Shown here one piece after another: positions 49,790 to 62,797 of a stretch of 64,000 nt of DNA. The stretch spans positions 2,852,001 through 2,916,000 of the forward strand of contig OZ218955.1 of the NCBI GenBank assembly GCA_965112735.1, written 5' to 3'. The notes under the pieces are model-generated. The model was not told the origin of the DNA, did no database searches, and was given only the letters and a program-made list of their open reading frames with translations. Positions within the stretch are counted from its first letter, which is position 1. Every line of letters starts with the position of its first letter. The translations under genes and the position numbers were made by a program. The stretch comes from Phaeosaccion multiseriatum. Taxonomy: Eukaryota; Protista; Ochrophyta, other classes.

Positions 49790-51535
49790 TCAGTAGCGAA
49801 TCACCTTCAGCCCCTTGGGTACATCTGCCGGCAACGGGCACCCCCTCCCAACCGTAAGCTTCCGCAGGCCAGCAGGCAGGCTCTCCAAAGGGCCGGAGTA
49901 GTGCCGGCCCAGCTCGAGAGTCCGGAGAGAAGGAGGTAGCTCCAGCGGGTGATTAAAGTCACACCCCAGCACTACTTCCTCCACCCCACAAGGAAGGACC
50001 AGGCGTTGATTAAAAGCAGAGTGACAGGAAAATCGAAGCTTCTTCAGCGAGGCAGGCAGGTCCAGAGGGAGGTTAAAGGCATTCCCCATCACCACCTCCT
50101 CCACACCACAAGGAAAGACCACCTGCTGATTGAACATCCTGCCCAAGCTGATCTTCTTCACAGAGGCAGGCAGGTCCAGAGGGAGGTTAAAGGCATCCCC
50201 CATCACCACCTCCTCCACACCACAAGGAAAGAACACCTGCTGATTGAACATCCGGCCGAAGCTGATCGTCTTCAGTGAAGCAGGCAGGTACAGAGGGAGG
50301 TTAAAGCCACAGCCCATCACCACCTCCTCCACGCGACTGGGCAGGACCAAGTGCTGATTGAAGTTCGATTCACAGTGAAATCTGATACTCTTCAGTGAGA
50401 GAGGAAGATCATTGAGAGGGAGGTCAAAGCCACGCCCCATATCCACCTCCTCCACACGACTGGGCAGGACCAAGTGCTGATTGAACGTCGATTCCCCAAC
50501 AAACCTGATCTTCTTCACAGAGGTCGGCAGGGTCAGAGGGAGGTTAAAGTGCTGCCCCATTGCCACCTCCTCCACACCCTCATGGAGGGTCACGACTTGA
50601 TTGAACTTCCTGCCGAAGCTGATCTTCTTCAGGGAGGTAGGTAGGCCCAAATGGAGATTGAAGGCGTTCCCCATCACCACCTCCACCACACCCTCATGGA
50701 GGGTCAGGTCTTGATTGAACGTAGATTCCCCAGTGAACTTGATCTTCTTCACCGAGGCAGGGAGGACTAGAGGCTTGTTGTAGTCCCGCCCCATGACCAC
50801 CTTCTCCACGCCTCCACTGTGAGGCAGGGCAATTTCCTGATTGAACTTGGAATCCCACTCAAATATGATGCTCTTCAGTGAGTCAGGGAGGTGCAGCAGA
50901 GGGTGGTCAAAGTCACCTCCCACCTCCACCTCCACCACACCACAAGGAAGATCCACGTGCTGATTGAAGCTCCACCCGAGTGTAATCTTCTTCAGAGAGG
51001 CAGGGAAGGTCAGAGGGAGGTTGTAGTTACGCCCCATCCTCAACACCTGCACCGTGGGTGGTATACACATCTTGGCCGGATTGAAAGAGTCGGGCAGAGT
51101 CAAGCGCTTGACCTTGACCGACGCTGGAAGCACCATCAACACATCCTGAACAGGGGCCTCATCATCGAGCTTCCTCATGGCCACCACGTGAAAGAAGCAT
51201 CTGCTGTCGGCAGCAGCAGCAGCAGTCTCACCAGGCGCAGCAGCAGTCCCAGCAGCACCAGTGGCCACGCCACGAAGCCTCTTCTCCTCCTCCTCCTTCT
51301 GGTGCTTCAGCAAGTTCAGCATACGGTGTTTGACATCGGCAGGCATGCGGTTGTCCATCACCAAAGCCCGGAAGGTCTTCTCGTCATCGACCGCCTTGCT
51401 CACTCCCCACAGAGCTTTTTCTCCTGGACTGTGCATGACCACAACTCTCAGGGCCATAGTGGCCAGCTCCGAAACACCACCCGTGACATCAAGGGCATTG
51501 CCATTCCCCTTCCCCCCTCCTACCATGGCCTCCAT
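49790..51535 (-). CDS. Intronless FNIP-repeat (LRR-like) protein, ~580 aa, ~20 repeats
   Basis: Tandem FN(Q/L)xLxLPxSLKxIxxGxx repeats occupy the C-terminal ~430 aa. First ATG at 51535 in the 611-aa ORF. Confidence 0.85.
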   Translation of the reverse strand: MEAMVGGGKGNGNALDVTGGVSELATMALRVVVMHSPGEKALWGVSKAVDDEKTFRALVMDNRMPADVKHRMLNLLKHQKEEEEKRLRGVATGAAGTAAAPGETAAAAADSRCFFHVVAMRKLDDEAPVQDVLMVLPASVKVKRLTLPDSFNPAKMCIPPTVQVLRMGRNYNLPLTFPASLKKITLGWSFNQHVDLPCGVVEVEVGGDFDHPLLHLPDSLKSIIFEWDSKFNQEIALPHSGGVEKVVMGRDYNKPLVLPASVKKIKFTGESTFNQDLTLHEGVVEVVMGNAFNLHLGLPTSLKKISFGRKFNQVVTLHEGVEEVAMGQHFNLPLTLPTSVKKIRFVGESTFNQHLVLPSRVEEVDMGRGFDLPLNDLPLSLKSIRFHCESNFNQHLVLPSRVEEVVMGCGFNLPLYLPASLKTISFGRMFNQQVFFPCGVEEVVMGDAFNLPLDLPASVKKISLGRMFNQQVVFPCGVEEVVMGNAFNLPLDLPASLKKLRFSCHSAFNQRLVLPCGVEEVVLGCDFNHPLELPPSLRTLELGRHYSGPLESLPAGLRKLTVGRGCPLPADVPKGLKVIRY

Positions 51536-52068
51536 CCTTTTTCTTTTTCTTTCTCTTTTTTTTCTCTTAGTTCTCTCTTCCTCCTCCCGTTCCCCCCCCT
51601 TCTCCTCTCTACTCCCCTCCTTCAACAGAGCCTTCCTCCCATACAGCTGATGTTTGCTTCTCCCCTCTTACCTTTGGCTGCTCTTTTATTGATCTCTTTG
51701 TGAGAACAATCTTTGCGATTTTTATTTTTTTTTGGTTCCCCAGTTGGCTGGCTCTACGTTAGGGGTGCGTCACAAGAGTACTTAAAGTAAACAAGGAAAG
51801 TACCCTTGTGCGTCACAAGGCCAGTGAGCCAGCTGCTTGCTATTTGTGTGTGTGTGTGTAGAGAGAGAGCGTCTTCCAGCCATAGCTAGCAGAAAAAATG
51901 AGAGATGAAGGAGTCATTTAATGGTGGGAGAGGACTGTGGCTGGGAGATTGCAGACACTGCCTCTATCTCCCTTTCCAATGCTTAGCTGACTCAAACGCT
52001 CAAGCGTGTGCAAGAGAAAGAGAGAGAGGAAGGGAACATAGCTAATGCTCCAGGCGAGGTTTCTCGGG

Positions 52069-52266
52069 CTTTAGGCTTCTGGGCCGTAGCCCGGCCCCCT
52101 CCAGGCTTCGGGCTTCTGGCCGCAGGCCAGTGGTCAGGCTTCAGGCTTCTCAGGCTGGGAGAAAAATGGGGGACTTGGCAGGCTTCTCGCTACTTTCTGC
52201 AGGCTTCTGGCCGCAGGCCAGCCGCAGGCTTCTTACTTTCGGCCGCAGGCCGCCGCAGGCTTCTGC
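52069..52266. repeat. Degenerate cluster of CAGGCTTC / GGCCGCAGGC motifs
   Basis: About 10 interspersed copies are visible in ~200 bp. Confidence 0.7.
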
Positions 52267-53220
52267 TTTATCGGGGGGCCGAGAAACCTCGCCTGGAGCC
52301 GAAACGTATCGCTCTCATTCTCTTTTTGTGGTCTTGTGGCAACCGTGGAGAGCGCTGCTGCACCTCCCTCCTCAATGCCTGCTGTATGACGGCATGACTC
52401 CATCATGTCATCTCCAGCCCTCGTGTCCATCTGCAGGTAACGGGTAGTCTTTCTTAACTTTGAGCGTACCTCTCCAACCTTACGCCTCCTCATGCTAGCA
52501 TCCTACGAGGCAGCAGCCCTGCACAGGCAGGGCATCAGGGCAGGTGTTCATCAGGCTGAGGCCAAGAGGACGAGAGTCCGGAGCGGAAAGAAGCAGCTAA
52601 AGGCACACCCTCACTCGAGTGCTCCTGAGCTACCGCTTCGTTGGCGTCGCCGCACTGGCAAAAGTGTATGCATGGGCAGGGGAACAGGCATATGGGCAGG
52701 GCAGGGCAGGGCGCGCGCCAGCAGGCTCTATCCGCTGTTGGCGTGAGTGCATAGCATCACACGCTGCCTATCGAGAGAAAGCCATAGCGTATCTATCAGG
52801 GCACGACATCACACCTCCTGCCCTACACTGGCAATGCACTGGCACTACACTGCACCAGTGCACACGACCTGGAGGTGATGTCATCGACTTCCCTTCTCAC
52901 TCCCCAGCCTTGTCTGCGCCTAAATCTCACGGCCACTGAGGCCAGCTTCGATTGCATGATGGCTGCTGCTTTGCGGATACATTTTCCGTTGCGAGGGCTG
53001 GCAAGGGGGCAACGGGTTCGAACGGGTATGTGTCAATTCGCAGGCATATGGGCCCAACAGGCCCTTTCCCCCCTCTTGTCGTGTACTCCATACGTCCCCC
53101 CCCAGAGCCCACTTTTGGAGAAGGGATGAAAGAGAAGCTACCCTCAGATTGAGGAGAAGACGCCCGTCCTGCCTGGCGATAGGCGTGGCTTGTTAATTTG
53201 GGAGAAAGGAGAGCAAAACC

Positions 53221-54425
53221 ATGCTGTTTGAGGAACATGAGGGGGGCGAAGAGGAGGACACGTTCGGCGGTGTGAGCCCTGCTTCTGCCAGAGGGAGGAG
53301 CAGTGCCGGCTCGTTGGGATGGGGAGAAGCTCCAGCAGCACCTGCCACCGCACCTGCCGCACCAGCAGTGGCAGAGCCAGCAGCCGTGATCAAAGCCTAC
53401 GAGAGCAACAACGGAGATGGAGGGGGAGGGGGGGAAAGAAAGTCTTCGAGGTTCGGCTTCTCTACCTTCCTGGAGCGGGCCAAGAGAGCCAAAGACAGCG
53501 TACAGGAGGTCCGGTCAAAGGTGAAGGAGGCGATCAACAGCCTAGACAATGGAGAGTATGATGACGATGACAAGCGGGGAGCTGGTGGGGAAGGTTATGA
53601 TGAAGGAAATGATACCGATTATGAGGAGGATGATGGTAGCACGGCGCAGCAGGTCCTTGTGCTCATCCAGGAGCTGGAGTCCGCCACGCTCCTCGGCGAC
53701 AGGATGGTGGCCCTTCGGAAGCTTGTCGCCCTCGGAGAGGCAGGAGGCGCGTGTCGGGTGAGGAAGAGGTCGGCGGCAGCAGCGGTGGTGGCGCCTCTCG
53801 TCGCGGTGCTGAAGGAAGCCATCGACTTTGAACCCTACTTTGCTCAGACAGCGCTGCAGGCTGTGCACGCGCTTTGCCTACCAATAGAGAGAGGGACCGG
53901 AGGACGCAGCAGCAGCAGCAGCAGCACGGAAGTAGCAGGAACAACAGCAGCGGCAGCCGTGACGACGTCCGCGGTCGGGGAAGGAGGAGTCAAGGCCCTC
54001 GCGATCGACTTCCTCCTCGCGGGGGGCGTGGAGGCAGTGCTCCCCCTGCTGCAGGACCGCTTCCAGCTCGTGCGCATCGACGCGCTGTCCCTCCTCAAGG
54101 CCCTCCACAGGTGCCTGGGGACGGTATTGCTGCCCCCTCCTCCTACCGTCCCTACCGGTGGTATCAGTGAGGATACTGCTACTCCTGAGAGCAGTAGTAG
54201 AAGCCCTGCTGGTGCTGATGCTGGCGGGGGCGGGTCCACCAGCGTGGGAGAGAGAGTGGTGCGATATCCCATGGGCATGCAAGCGGTGGTGGATCTACTG
54301 GACGATGGCTGGGAGGAGGTGCGCACACACGCGCTGCAGCTGCTGCACGGGATGCTGTGCGATCAGGAGGCGGTGTCACCCGACATGCAGGTACGTTTGT
54401 GTGTATGTGTCTGTGTGCGTGTGCG

Positions 54426-54470
<45 letters not shown>

Positions 54471-54673
54471 TACGTACGTGTGTATGTGTATGTCTGAGGA
54501 ACGAACCCGTGGTGGGCGACTCATCTGCAGGCATACAGGCATGGCAATACGGCATTGTGGGCACGCAGGTAGAGGGGGAGACAGTTGATTCATGGTAGAC
54601 TTAGTGAAGTGACCCTAGCGGGGACCAACAAGGGCAATTCTAGTTATTCGAGCACCCGCTTCTTTTCCCTCAC

Positions 54674-54705
<32 letters not shown>

Positions 54706-56116
54706 ATTGTTGTTATTGTTATTGTTGTCGTCAATGCTGTTGTTTTATGCAGAATGTAATCGCTTTCTCGGAGGGCTTTCACAAACTCTGGTCCATCATC
54801 GAAGCAGGGGGCACAGACAGAAGCAGAGGCAGAGGCAAAGCTAACAGCAAAGTGGCAGCGCAGTGCCTCGCTGTAATGGCAGCCACGTGCGCAGGCAACG
54901 CCCTGACCGCCAAGCTCTTTGTGGGGGGCGGTTATTTGACACCCCTGGCCACAGTCCTCACCTTGCAAGGCGAAGACTTGATCGTCCCGAGGGCGAAGCG
55001 GCGGCGACGAGGGGGTAGATACGAGGAGGAGGAAGATGAGGATGAGGATGAGGACGACGAAGAGGAGGAGGAGGAGGAGGAGGAGGAGGAGGAGCAAGGG
55101 AAGCAACAAAGCCTTTCTCACCACATTCCGCCGCAGCGTCAGGAGCTACTGAGGCAGGGAGTACGACTGCTGTGCATGTTGTGCGACGACGAAAAAGGAG
55201 GAGGAGGAGGAGGAGGAGGAGGAGGAGGAGGAGGAGAAGAAGGAGGACAGGGGCAGGGACCTCCACCCCCTCCTGAGACGCTCGCCACCCGGAGAGCCGT
55301 GGGCAAGGCACCGGGCATCATGGACGCGTTGGTAGACCTTGCCTTCTCTCTACCCGAGGTGCGCTCTGTGCTCACCTGGGCGGAGTACGGCCTAGGCCCT
55401 GAGGTGCAGGAGGGGGCGTTGTCTGGGCTGATGCTGCTCCTGAGTGGCGGTGAGGGCGTGCAGGACAATAAGGATATCTTCTCTCGCACTGCTTTGCTAG
55501 GGGCTCCCATGGCCATTACCATCCAGGGCAAAGCGGAGATGGTACGGACTACGTCGGCGGCCTCGGCGGGGCTGGTGCTGGAGATTGTCTTTGAGCTGCT
55601 CACAGCGCCGACGACTCCTCCTCCTCCTGCTGCTGCTGCTGCTGCTGCTGTATCACCAGCGAGTGTGTCAGGAGCAGGAGGAAGAAGGTCAGTGACGAGA
55701 GTGAAGGGTGCCATGATGGGGCTGCTCGACACCTTCCTGACGGGCAACGAGGGATGGCTGTTGCAGGTCATGGTGAGAGTCAAGAGCCTGCACACCGCCA
55801 CGGAGTCGCTGCAGCAGCAACAGCAGCAGGAGTACCTAGCCGCGCTGGAGAGAGGAGAAGGCGGGGGGAGAGAGAGAGACGACGGGGGGGGGAGAGGAGA
55901 TCTCAATGGGAAGCTCAACGGGGAGGTAGCGGGGCCTGTAGCGGCGTCAGCTCCTTCATCTTCTTCTCCAGGCTTTCTAAGCATGCTGTGGGGGGGGAGA
56001 GGCAGCAGCAGTGACGACAAAGCCAACCTGCTTGCCAACGAGGCCATGGTGCTGGCCAAGAAGCTCGGTGCGTAAGACACTTGCCTGTTTGCGGGGCGGG
56101 GTAATCGGGGTGCTCT

Positions 56117-56148
<32 letters not shown>

Positions 56149-58383
56149 ATTGCGAGGGGGGTGGCCTCTTTGGCACTGCGCTTTTGCTTCCCTTGGAGGT
56201 GGACGAATGGACCGACTGTTAGGCTGACAGTCGGTTAGATGAGATGGACAGAAGGCAAAGAGAGGGGGGGGGGGGGGGGTTCTATCCCTTCCACATCGGG
56301 TCTCCTTCTGCTCCGAAAGCTCCTCACTGTCATGTCAAATCGGGCCTCTGACACTCGGGCCCCTTATCCCAACACCCCGCTCCATATCCTGACACCCACT
56401 CCGCCCCCCCCCCTCTTGCCCCCTCTTCTCTGCTTCTTCTCAGAGCTCTCGAGCGGCAACAAGGGAGGAGGCTTCGAGGACGAGGCCATGGAACTGAGTG
56501 CGGGGGGCAGGGAGGGATACTCGGGTGAAAGAGGAGGTGGGGACGACCAACAGGGGTGGCAGCAGAGGAGGGGGGGTGGGGATGGGAATGGAGCAGCAGA
56601 AGGAGCAGAATGCACCGGACGGCAGCAGAATAGGGAGGCCGCCATCAGCAAGGCTGCGCTGCTGCTGAGCGGCGTGCTGCAAAAGGCCCTCTTGAAGGAG
56701 AGGGTGTCAGGACGGGGTCCATCATCGTCACAGGTGCCAGGACACAGTAGCAGCAGTCGGACGGCCTTGGTGGAGGCAGCTACTGTCTCGCTGTCCGTTC
56801 TCCAGCGCTGCCTCCTTGTGGGTGGAACAGATGTGCGAGCTTGCTTCGCAGAGATTCGTATTCAGACCCAGATACCACCAGAGCGGCAACACATACCAGC
56901 AGCAGCGGAGGAGGCTGATGCCGCTCTTTCACCCACTACTCCTGCGCGGTACTCGTACTGCAGCGCGTTGCAGGGGGCACTCGACGTGCTGACAGGGGGC
57001 TACCACGTGCTCTGCCTCACCAGAGAGGGGGTGATCGCCAACCATGACCGGGTTGGACCGTTGGTGCTCTGCGAGTTCCTGCGGTCGATGGCGACGCTGC
57101 TGACCCTCTGGACCTACGACTCTCCGCACGTCGTGTATCAGGTCACTCGGAATGGGGCCAATTTGCGCTTGCTGGGCCTGCTGGGGAAGGGTCTGAGAGC
57201 CGCCACCGTTGCCGCACAGCAGAGGGCGGCGAGTCGGGATGGGGAGGCGGAGTCTTCTCGAGGAGGGGGCAATGGAGAGGTGGAGATGAAGAGAGAGAGG
57301 GAGACGAAGAGTGAGAAGGAGAGCAAGGGCGAGAGCAAGGGCTTGCGCGAGAGCGATGTTTTGCTCGGGGCAGCGGTAGACGAATTGAGCTGTGCCGTGG
57401 CAGTGCTGGTGGGGGCCCTCATCGTTGGAGCAAAGGAGGGGCAGGGACGGGACGCCCAGCTCGTGCAAGTGCTGCTGCAGAAGGTGGAGCTGTACGGATA
57501 CGCGGAGGCCATCGAGACGGCACGGGGCAAGCTGGGGACATACTTAGCAGTGGCGAAGCTATCGCTTTCCTCCTCCTCATCATCAGTAGGTCCTTCCCTA
57601 ACTTCTCCTTCTGTCGGTGAGGAAGGAGGAGAAAGAGGAGGAGGAGGAGGAGGAGGAGGGGCTTCTGCTGCTAACAGTAATCCTGCGCAGAGGAGCGAGT
57701 ACGCTACTGCGCTTGTGCTGTCTTCGGTCATTCGTGAAGCACAAGGGAAAGTCGTGGACCTGTTGGTGCAAATGGGAACGGAGGAGGTGGGAAGAGAAGA
57801 AGGGGGAGAAGGAGGAGGAGAAGAGGGGGGATTAGGGGAGGAGGATAGCGCTGGCAAGAGTGCTGGCAAAGGGGACAGAGGGGTTAAGACCAAACTGGAG
57901 CAATGCAGAGAGGTGGTGGCGGCGCTGACGGCATCCATGACGACATTGGAGAGGCGCCTCGCGGAGTCAGAGGCCGGCATGGCGGCGGTGGAGCAGCACA
58001 ATGGGCTGCAGAGGCAGGAGCTCTTGTGTGTGAAGGAGGAGAGGGAGGCTGCTCGCACTGCGGCGGAGGCTGCGGCAACGGCCTTAGCGACCGCTGAGGC
58101 GGAGGGGGTGGCGATTCGGGAGGCATCGGCAACAGCATTGGCAGCAGCCGAGGCAAGGGCCGAGGAGAAGAGTGCCCCTCATCAAGAGAGCGAAGAGCAG
58201 GTTCATTTGCTATTGCAGCAGAACAAGCAGGCAGGGGAGGAGGCGGCGAAGAGCATCGCAGCCCTGCAGGAAGAAGTGGAGGGGCTGCGAAGTGTGCTCA
58301 AAGAGAGGGATGCCGTGGTGCAGCAGTGGGAGGCCTATGCCAATGACCTGAACGAGCAAGTTAGAGGTCTGCAAGAAGCTCAG

Positions 58384-58426
<43 letters not shown>

Positions 58427-59102
58427 GGCTCGCTGGTGACACAGGGGACGGTGTCGGCCAGGGTCAGGGCGAGGGTCAGGGTCAGGTGGGGTCACGTACG
58501 GAGCAGGATGAGGCAGCACGGGTGGGGGCGGAGGCGGCCTTAGAAGCGAAGGTTTCCGAGCAGAGAGATTTGATCGCCGAGCTGCAGGCCCGCCTTAGCA
58601 GCAGTAGCAGCGGCGGTAATGGGGTCGACTTCGGGGCCCCTTCTGGGACAGGAATAGATTGGATGAGTGGTGGTGCGAATGGCGACGGCGGTGGTGCAGG
58701 TGAGGAAGGGGGGGGGGAGGCGTGGCCACCACCGGCGAAGGGCTTCGAAGCACCACCATCCGCAGCAGCAGTAACAGCGGAGGTGCTGAAGGAGCAAGAG
58801 CAGCAGACAGACATGGATGTGGGCGTCTCATCAATAGCAGGAGGAGAAGGGGAGGGTGGCGTAGCGGCCGAAGCGGAGCAAGCAGAGCACGTGCAAGCCC
58901 TGCAGGAAGACATCCGTCGACTGGAGGCCATGATGGCGCTCCGGCAGGAGAGGCAGGAGGCGGAGGTTACGCGGCTCAAGGGAGACCTGGCTCGGCAACA
59001 GGAGGAGGTGGGCACGTTGAAGAGTGAGGTGGAGGAGAGGAACGGGTGGGTGACCCAGTGGACGGAGTATTCGCAGAAGCTGCAGGCTGAGATTGCAGAG
59101 AT

Positions 59103-59166
<64 letters not shown>

Positions 59167-60525
59167 GAGGGACAGGAGGGGGATGGTGGTAGTGGTCGGG
59201 GCAGTACAGAGGAAGGGGGAAGAGAGAAGGAGGGGCTCAGTCAGGAGGAGACGGTGGCGGTGGCAGCGGCGGCGGCGGCGGAGGATGCGCTGAGAGAAGA
59301 GCTGGGGGCCAGGGAGAGCAAGATTGAGCAGCTTGAGCGGAGGTTGGAGGAGGTGCAGCTGCAGTCTCAGCAGCAGCAAGAGCAGTTCCGGGAACAGTTA
59401 TCTCAGCTGCAGCAGCAGCAGCAAGAGCAGCAGCAGGAGCAGCAGCTCCAGCAGCAGCAGCAGCGGCAGGAGCAGCAGCAGCAGTTGGTATTACAGACTG
59501 CAGCTCAAGAAGACTGGGAGGAGGACACACCGGGCGAGCTCTTTAGTGTGGACTTTGGAGCAGATGAGACAAACGGAGGAACGGCGCCTGAACATCTCTT
59601 CGGAGCCCCTCCCCCAGGGGGGGCATCTGGAGAGCAAGGCGGCGGTTTTGGCGGTTTCGGAGCTCCTGCTGCTCCTGCTCCTCCTGCTGCTCCTCCTGCT
59701 GCTTCTTCTGCTGCTTCGCTCTTCGCGGCGCCCTCGTCCGCAGCACCGCAATCGGATGAATTGTCTTCTCCAACAGCGGCGACGGCTGCGCTGTATCACC
59801 AACTTGAGGAGGCCCAGCGTGAGGTGGAGAGGCTTGAGCTGGAGCAGGGAGAGGTAGCGAGGAGGGGACAGGAAGAGCTTCAACGCCTCGCTGCGGAGAA
59901 GGACGCTGAGCTGGAGAGGGTAGCGGCTCTACTGGCAGAGGAACAGCAGGCTTCTGCAGCAGCAAGAGCAGCAGCAGAAGCAGCAGCGGCAGTTTCTTCC
60001 TCTGCGGGTACCTTTGGAGGCTTTGATGAGGTGACAGATGGAGGAGAGGATGTGGAGGAGCTTCAGGAGCAACTAGCAGAGAAGGACGATGCCTTGGGGC
60101 GGATGCAGCAGCGGCTGAAGGAGGCTGAAAAGGAGAAGGAAGAGGCCCTGGCAGCAGCAGCCGGGACAGCGCTCGCTCAGAGGGAGGCGGAGGAGAGCGA
60201 GGAGAGGAGGGCAGCAGCGGCAGCGGATGCAGCAGCAGTAGTAGCAGCAGCCGCAGTAGAAGAAGCCAGCAGTCGGTGGAAGGAGCAGGAGGCTGCCCTC
60301 CAACAAGAGCTGCAGGAGCTGCAGTCCAAGGCAGCCTTGGCGGACCAGCTACAGCAGCAGTTGGTGATACGGCAGCAGCAGCAGGAGGCAGGGGAGGGGA
60401 TGGAGAAGGAGAGGCTGCTTGAACTGGAGAGGATGGTGTCGGAGCGCGACGGATGGCTCAAGCAGTGGGCCATTTATGGGGCCGACATGCAGCAGAAGCT
60501 CGCGGCCGCCGGACTCGAGAGTTGA
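53221..60525 (+). CDS. Uso1/p115-like vesicle tethering protein (armadillo head + long coiled coil), 3 exons 53221-54390, 54753-56067, 56444-60525
   Basis: YPMGMQAVVDLLDDGWEEVRTHALQLL...DMQ|NVIAFSEGFHKLWSIIEAGG...VAAQCL matches p115 PMGVSRLMDLLADSREVIRND..LLL...IQKIVAFENAFERLLDII.EEG. E/Q/A-rich coiled-coil tail. Phase-consistent introns. Confidence 0.8.
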
Positions 60526-61109
60526 TTAGTGTTATTATTGTCATGCTTGTTTTTTTTAATGGATTTAACATGCCACAGTTCACCACTTCAAATGACCAAG
60601 AGAGACCACTCACCTCAGAGAAAAAAAGGCGATTGGCGTGGTGCAGTGTCCACTAACGTAAAAAAGAGACGAGAGTCCCCGGTGCTCCAGTGCTTGTGTA
60701 AGAGGCCATCACCACAAGGAAAACGAAAGGAAGTACATAAATTTCATAGCTGTATTGTATAAATTTAATTAAAAAAAAAAAAAGTAAATAAATGCCTGCC
60801 TGCCCTCTGCGTACCCCTGCTGAGGCCAGAGGAATAAATCTAGTGGACATCAAGTAAAAGGGCACACCACATTATAACGAGAGCGTGCCCGTGTGTATGA
60901 AGCAGGCAAAAACAAAACGTCGTAATGAGAAAGAGTCTGCCTGCTTGGAAACAAAATGCTCTCGACACTTTCCAGCGTACACGTCTGGAGTGGAGAGGCA
61001 AATACAAAGGGCAGGACAGAGATACAGAAAGCAAAGCTCCCTCCCTCCCTCCCTCCCTCCCTCCCTCCCTCCCCTACTCTTGCTGCTCTCCGTGTTTACA
61101 TCCACCCAT

Positions 61110-62797
61110 CTAGTTCCCACCAAATATCTTGCCCAGGTCAAACGGATTCTTCCTCTTCTTTCCCTCCGCCGCCGCAGCAGCCGCAGCCTCCTCGGCAGCA
61201 GCCGCCTCCTTGGCGGCCGCAGCAGCAACGGCAGCCGGGTCAGGCACAGCCACATGGTCGCCCTGCCCCTCCTCCGTGGGTTTAAACTCGCCCCGTGCTG
61301 CCGCTCCTGCGAGCACAAGCTCCTTCTCCAGCAGGGCTGACATGTCCGCCAGAGGCAGGGGGGAGCCCTTCTCGTTCTTCTTGCATAGGTCTAGCAGGGG
61401 CAGCTGCAGCGCCTGACTCCATGAGAAGCTGAGGTTCCAGGGGGAGTTACCCTTGGCCACGTTGATGGCATTGAGCCGCGCACACGCCGCTTCCAGAGAC
61501 TGCCCCCCACTGAGGAAGTTCACCCCAAGCATTGCAGCGGGCATGACCCTTCGCAGGGTGGTCACAGTAGCCTCTCCAATCTCCTGAGCCGAGTAGCCCT
61601 TGCTGCACGCCTTACCAGGATTGACCATGTTTGGCTTGAGTGTGGCGCCCTCCATCCACACGCCGTGATCGATCATGGCCTTGTATAAGTGAGCCTGCAC
61701 CTTGACGTTGACCTTGATGGCGGTTTCCAGGTCGTAGTTTCCCTGAAGGCTGATGTCGGGCTCTACGATGGGCACCAGACCATTGTCCTGGCAGATGAGG
61801 GCGTACCTAGAGGTGGGTAGTGGTTGGTTGGTTGGTTGGTTGGCAGGGGGGAGTGAGTGAGTGAGTGAGTGTGTGAGTGGGTGACTGGGTGAGTGGGTGA
61901 GTGGTTGAGTCAGCAATCGGTGTGTGGACATGTATGGAAGGCCGCGCAAGGTTCATCACCACCGCTCAGCAGGCATGCAGAAGGCTGGCACCCCCGTTCT
62001 ACTACAGGCCAGAGGCCTCCTTATCAACTCTTCCCCTCCCCTCTCTTCCACATGCACATGCCATGTGAGCACCGAGCCCCTTCCATGTCAGGATAGGATG
62101 GGATCACACGCACCACCCGACCTACGACCTACCTTGCGAGGTCATCCATGTTGGTCTGAATGGCCAAGTGAGAGATGTCTCCATCGGCGCCAATCACCAG
62201 GGGAGAGCGCCACTTGGCAAAGCGAGCCCCAGCGTCGTAGTACTCCTTGCAACGCACGTTCAGAGAGTCCAGCCCTTGCATCACCGTCTCCCCCTCCTTG
62301 CAGCCAGGCAGCTCGTACACCTTCAAGTGCGGTTTCACGCCAGGCACGATGCCTCGGTCTGCCAGCAGCTTTGGGAAAGGCACCCCGTCATCTGACTTTT
62401 GGAACAGCGTCTCTGGGTCTAAAATGGCTCCGCTGAGGAAGTCGGGTCCGTTCGGGACGGTGAAGAGCATCTGGCGGTAGATCCGTCGCTGCTCCTCGGA
62501 GTTCTCAATGCCCACCGCCTCGAAGCGAGCCCCCACTGTCGCTGGGCCTTCGTCGCACGCAGTCAACCCCTTGCCGAACTGTGTCATTGCCTTCGCCGTG
62601 GCCAGCAGCTCTGCCTTTCGCTCCTTTGAGAGGTGCTCCCCGCCATGGCTCATTAGCAGCTGCGACGACCGAGAGGTTCTCTGGGCACCGTTGCGGCTGC
62701 TGCTCAATACCGAAGTGCTTGTGAAGCAAAATGCACAGCTTCCATGCAGAGATGCAAACAGCAGAAGCGCACCCGCCCCGGATGCCGCCTTTACCAT
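61110..62797 (-). CDS. FBA: Class I fructose-bisphosphate aldolase, plastid-targeted, divergent; exons 62797-62133, 61806-61110
   Basis: GKGLTACDEG, GLDSLNVRC.EYY.AGARFAKWRS, LARYA.ICQ.NGLVPIVEP, Schiff-base LKPNMVNPG, FLSGGQS and PWNLSFS. Presequence LHGSCA-FCF + S/R-rich transit peptide. Confidence 0.92.

Noticed and set aside
52490-53150. Short ORFs upstream of the Uso1-like gene
   Set aside because: No family motifs, no coherent splice model, and overlapping frames look equally uninformative.
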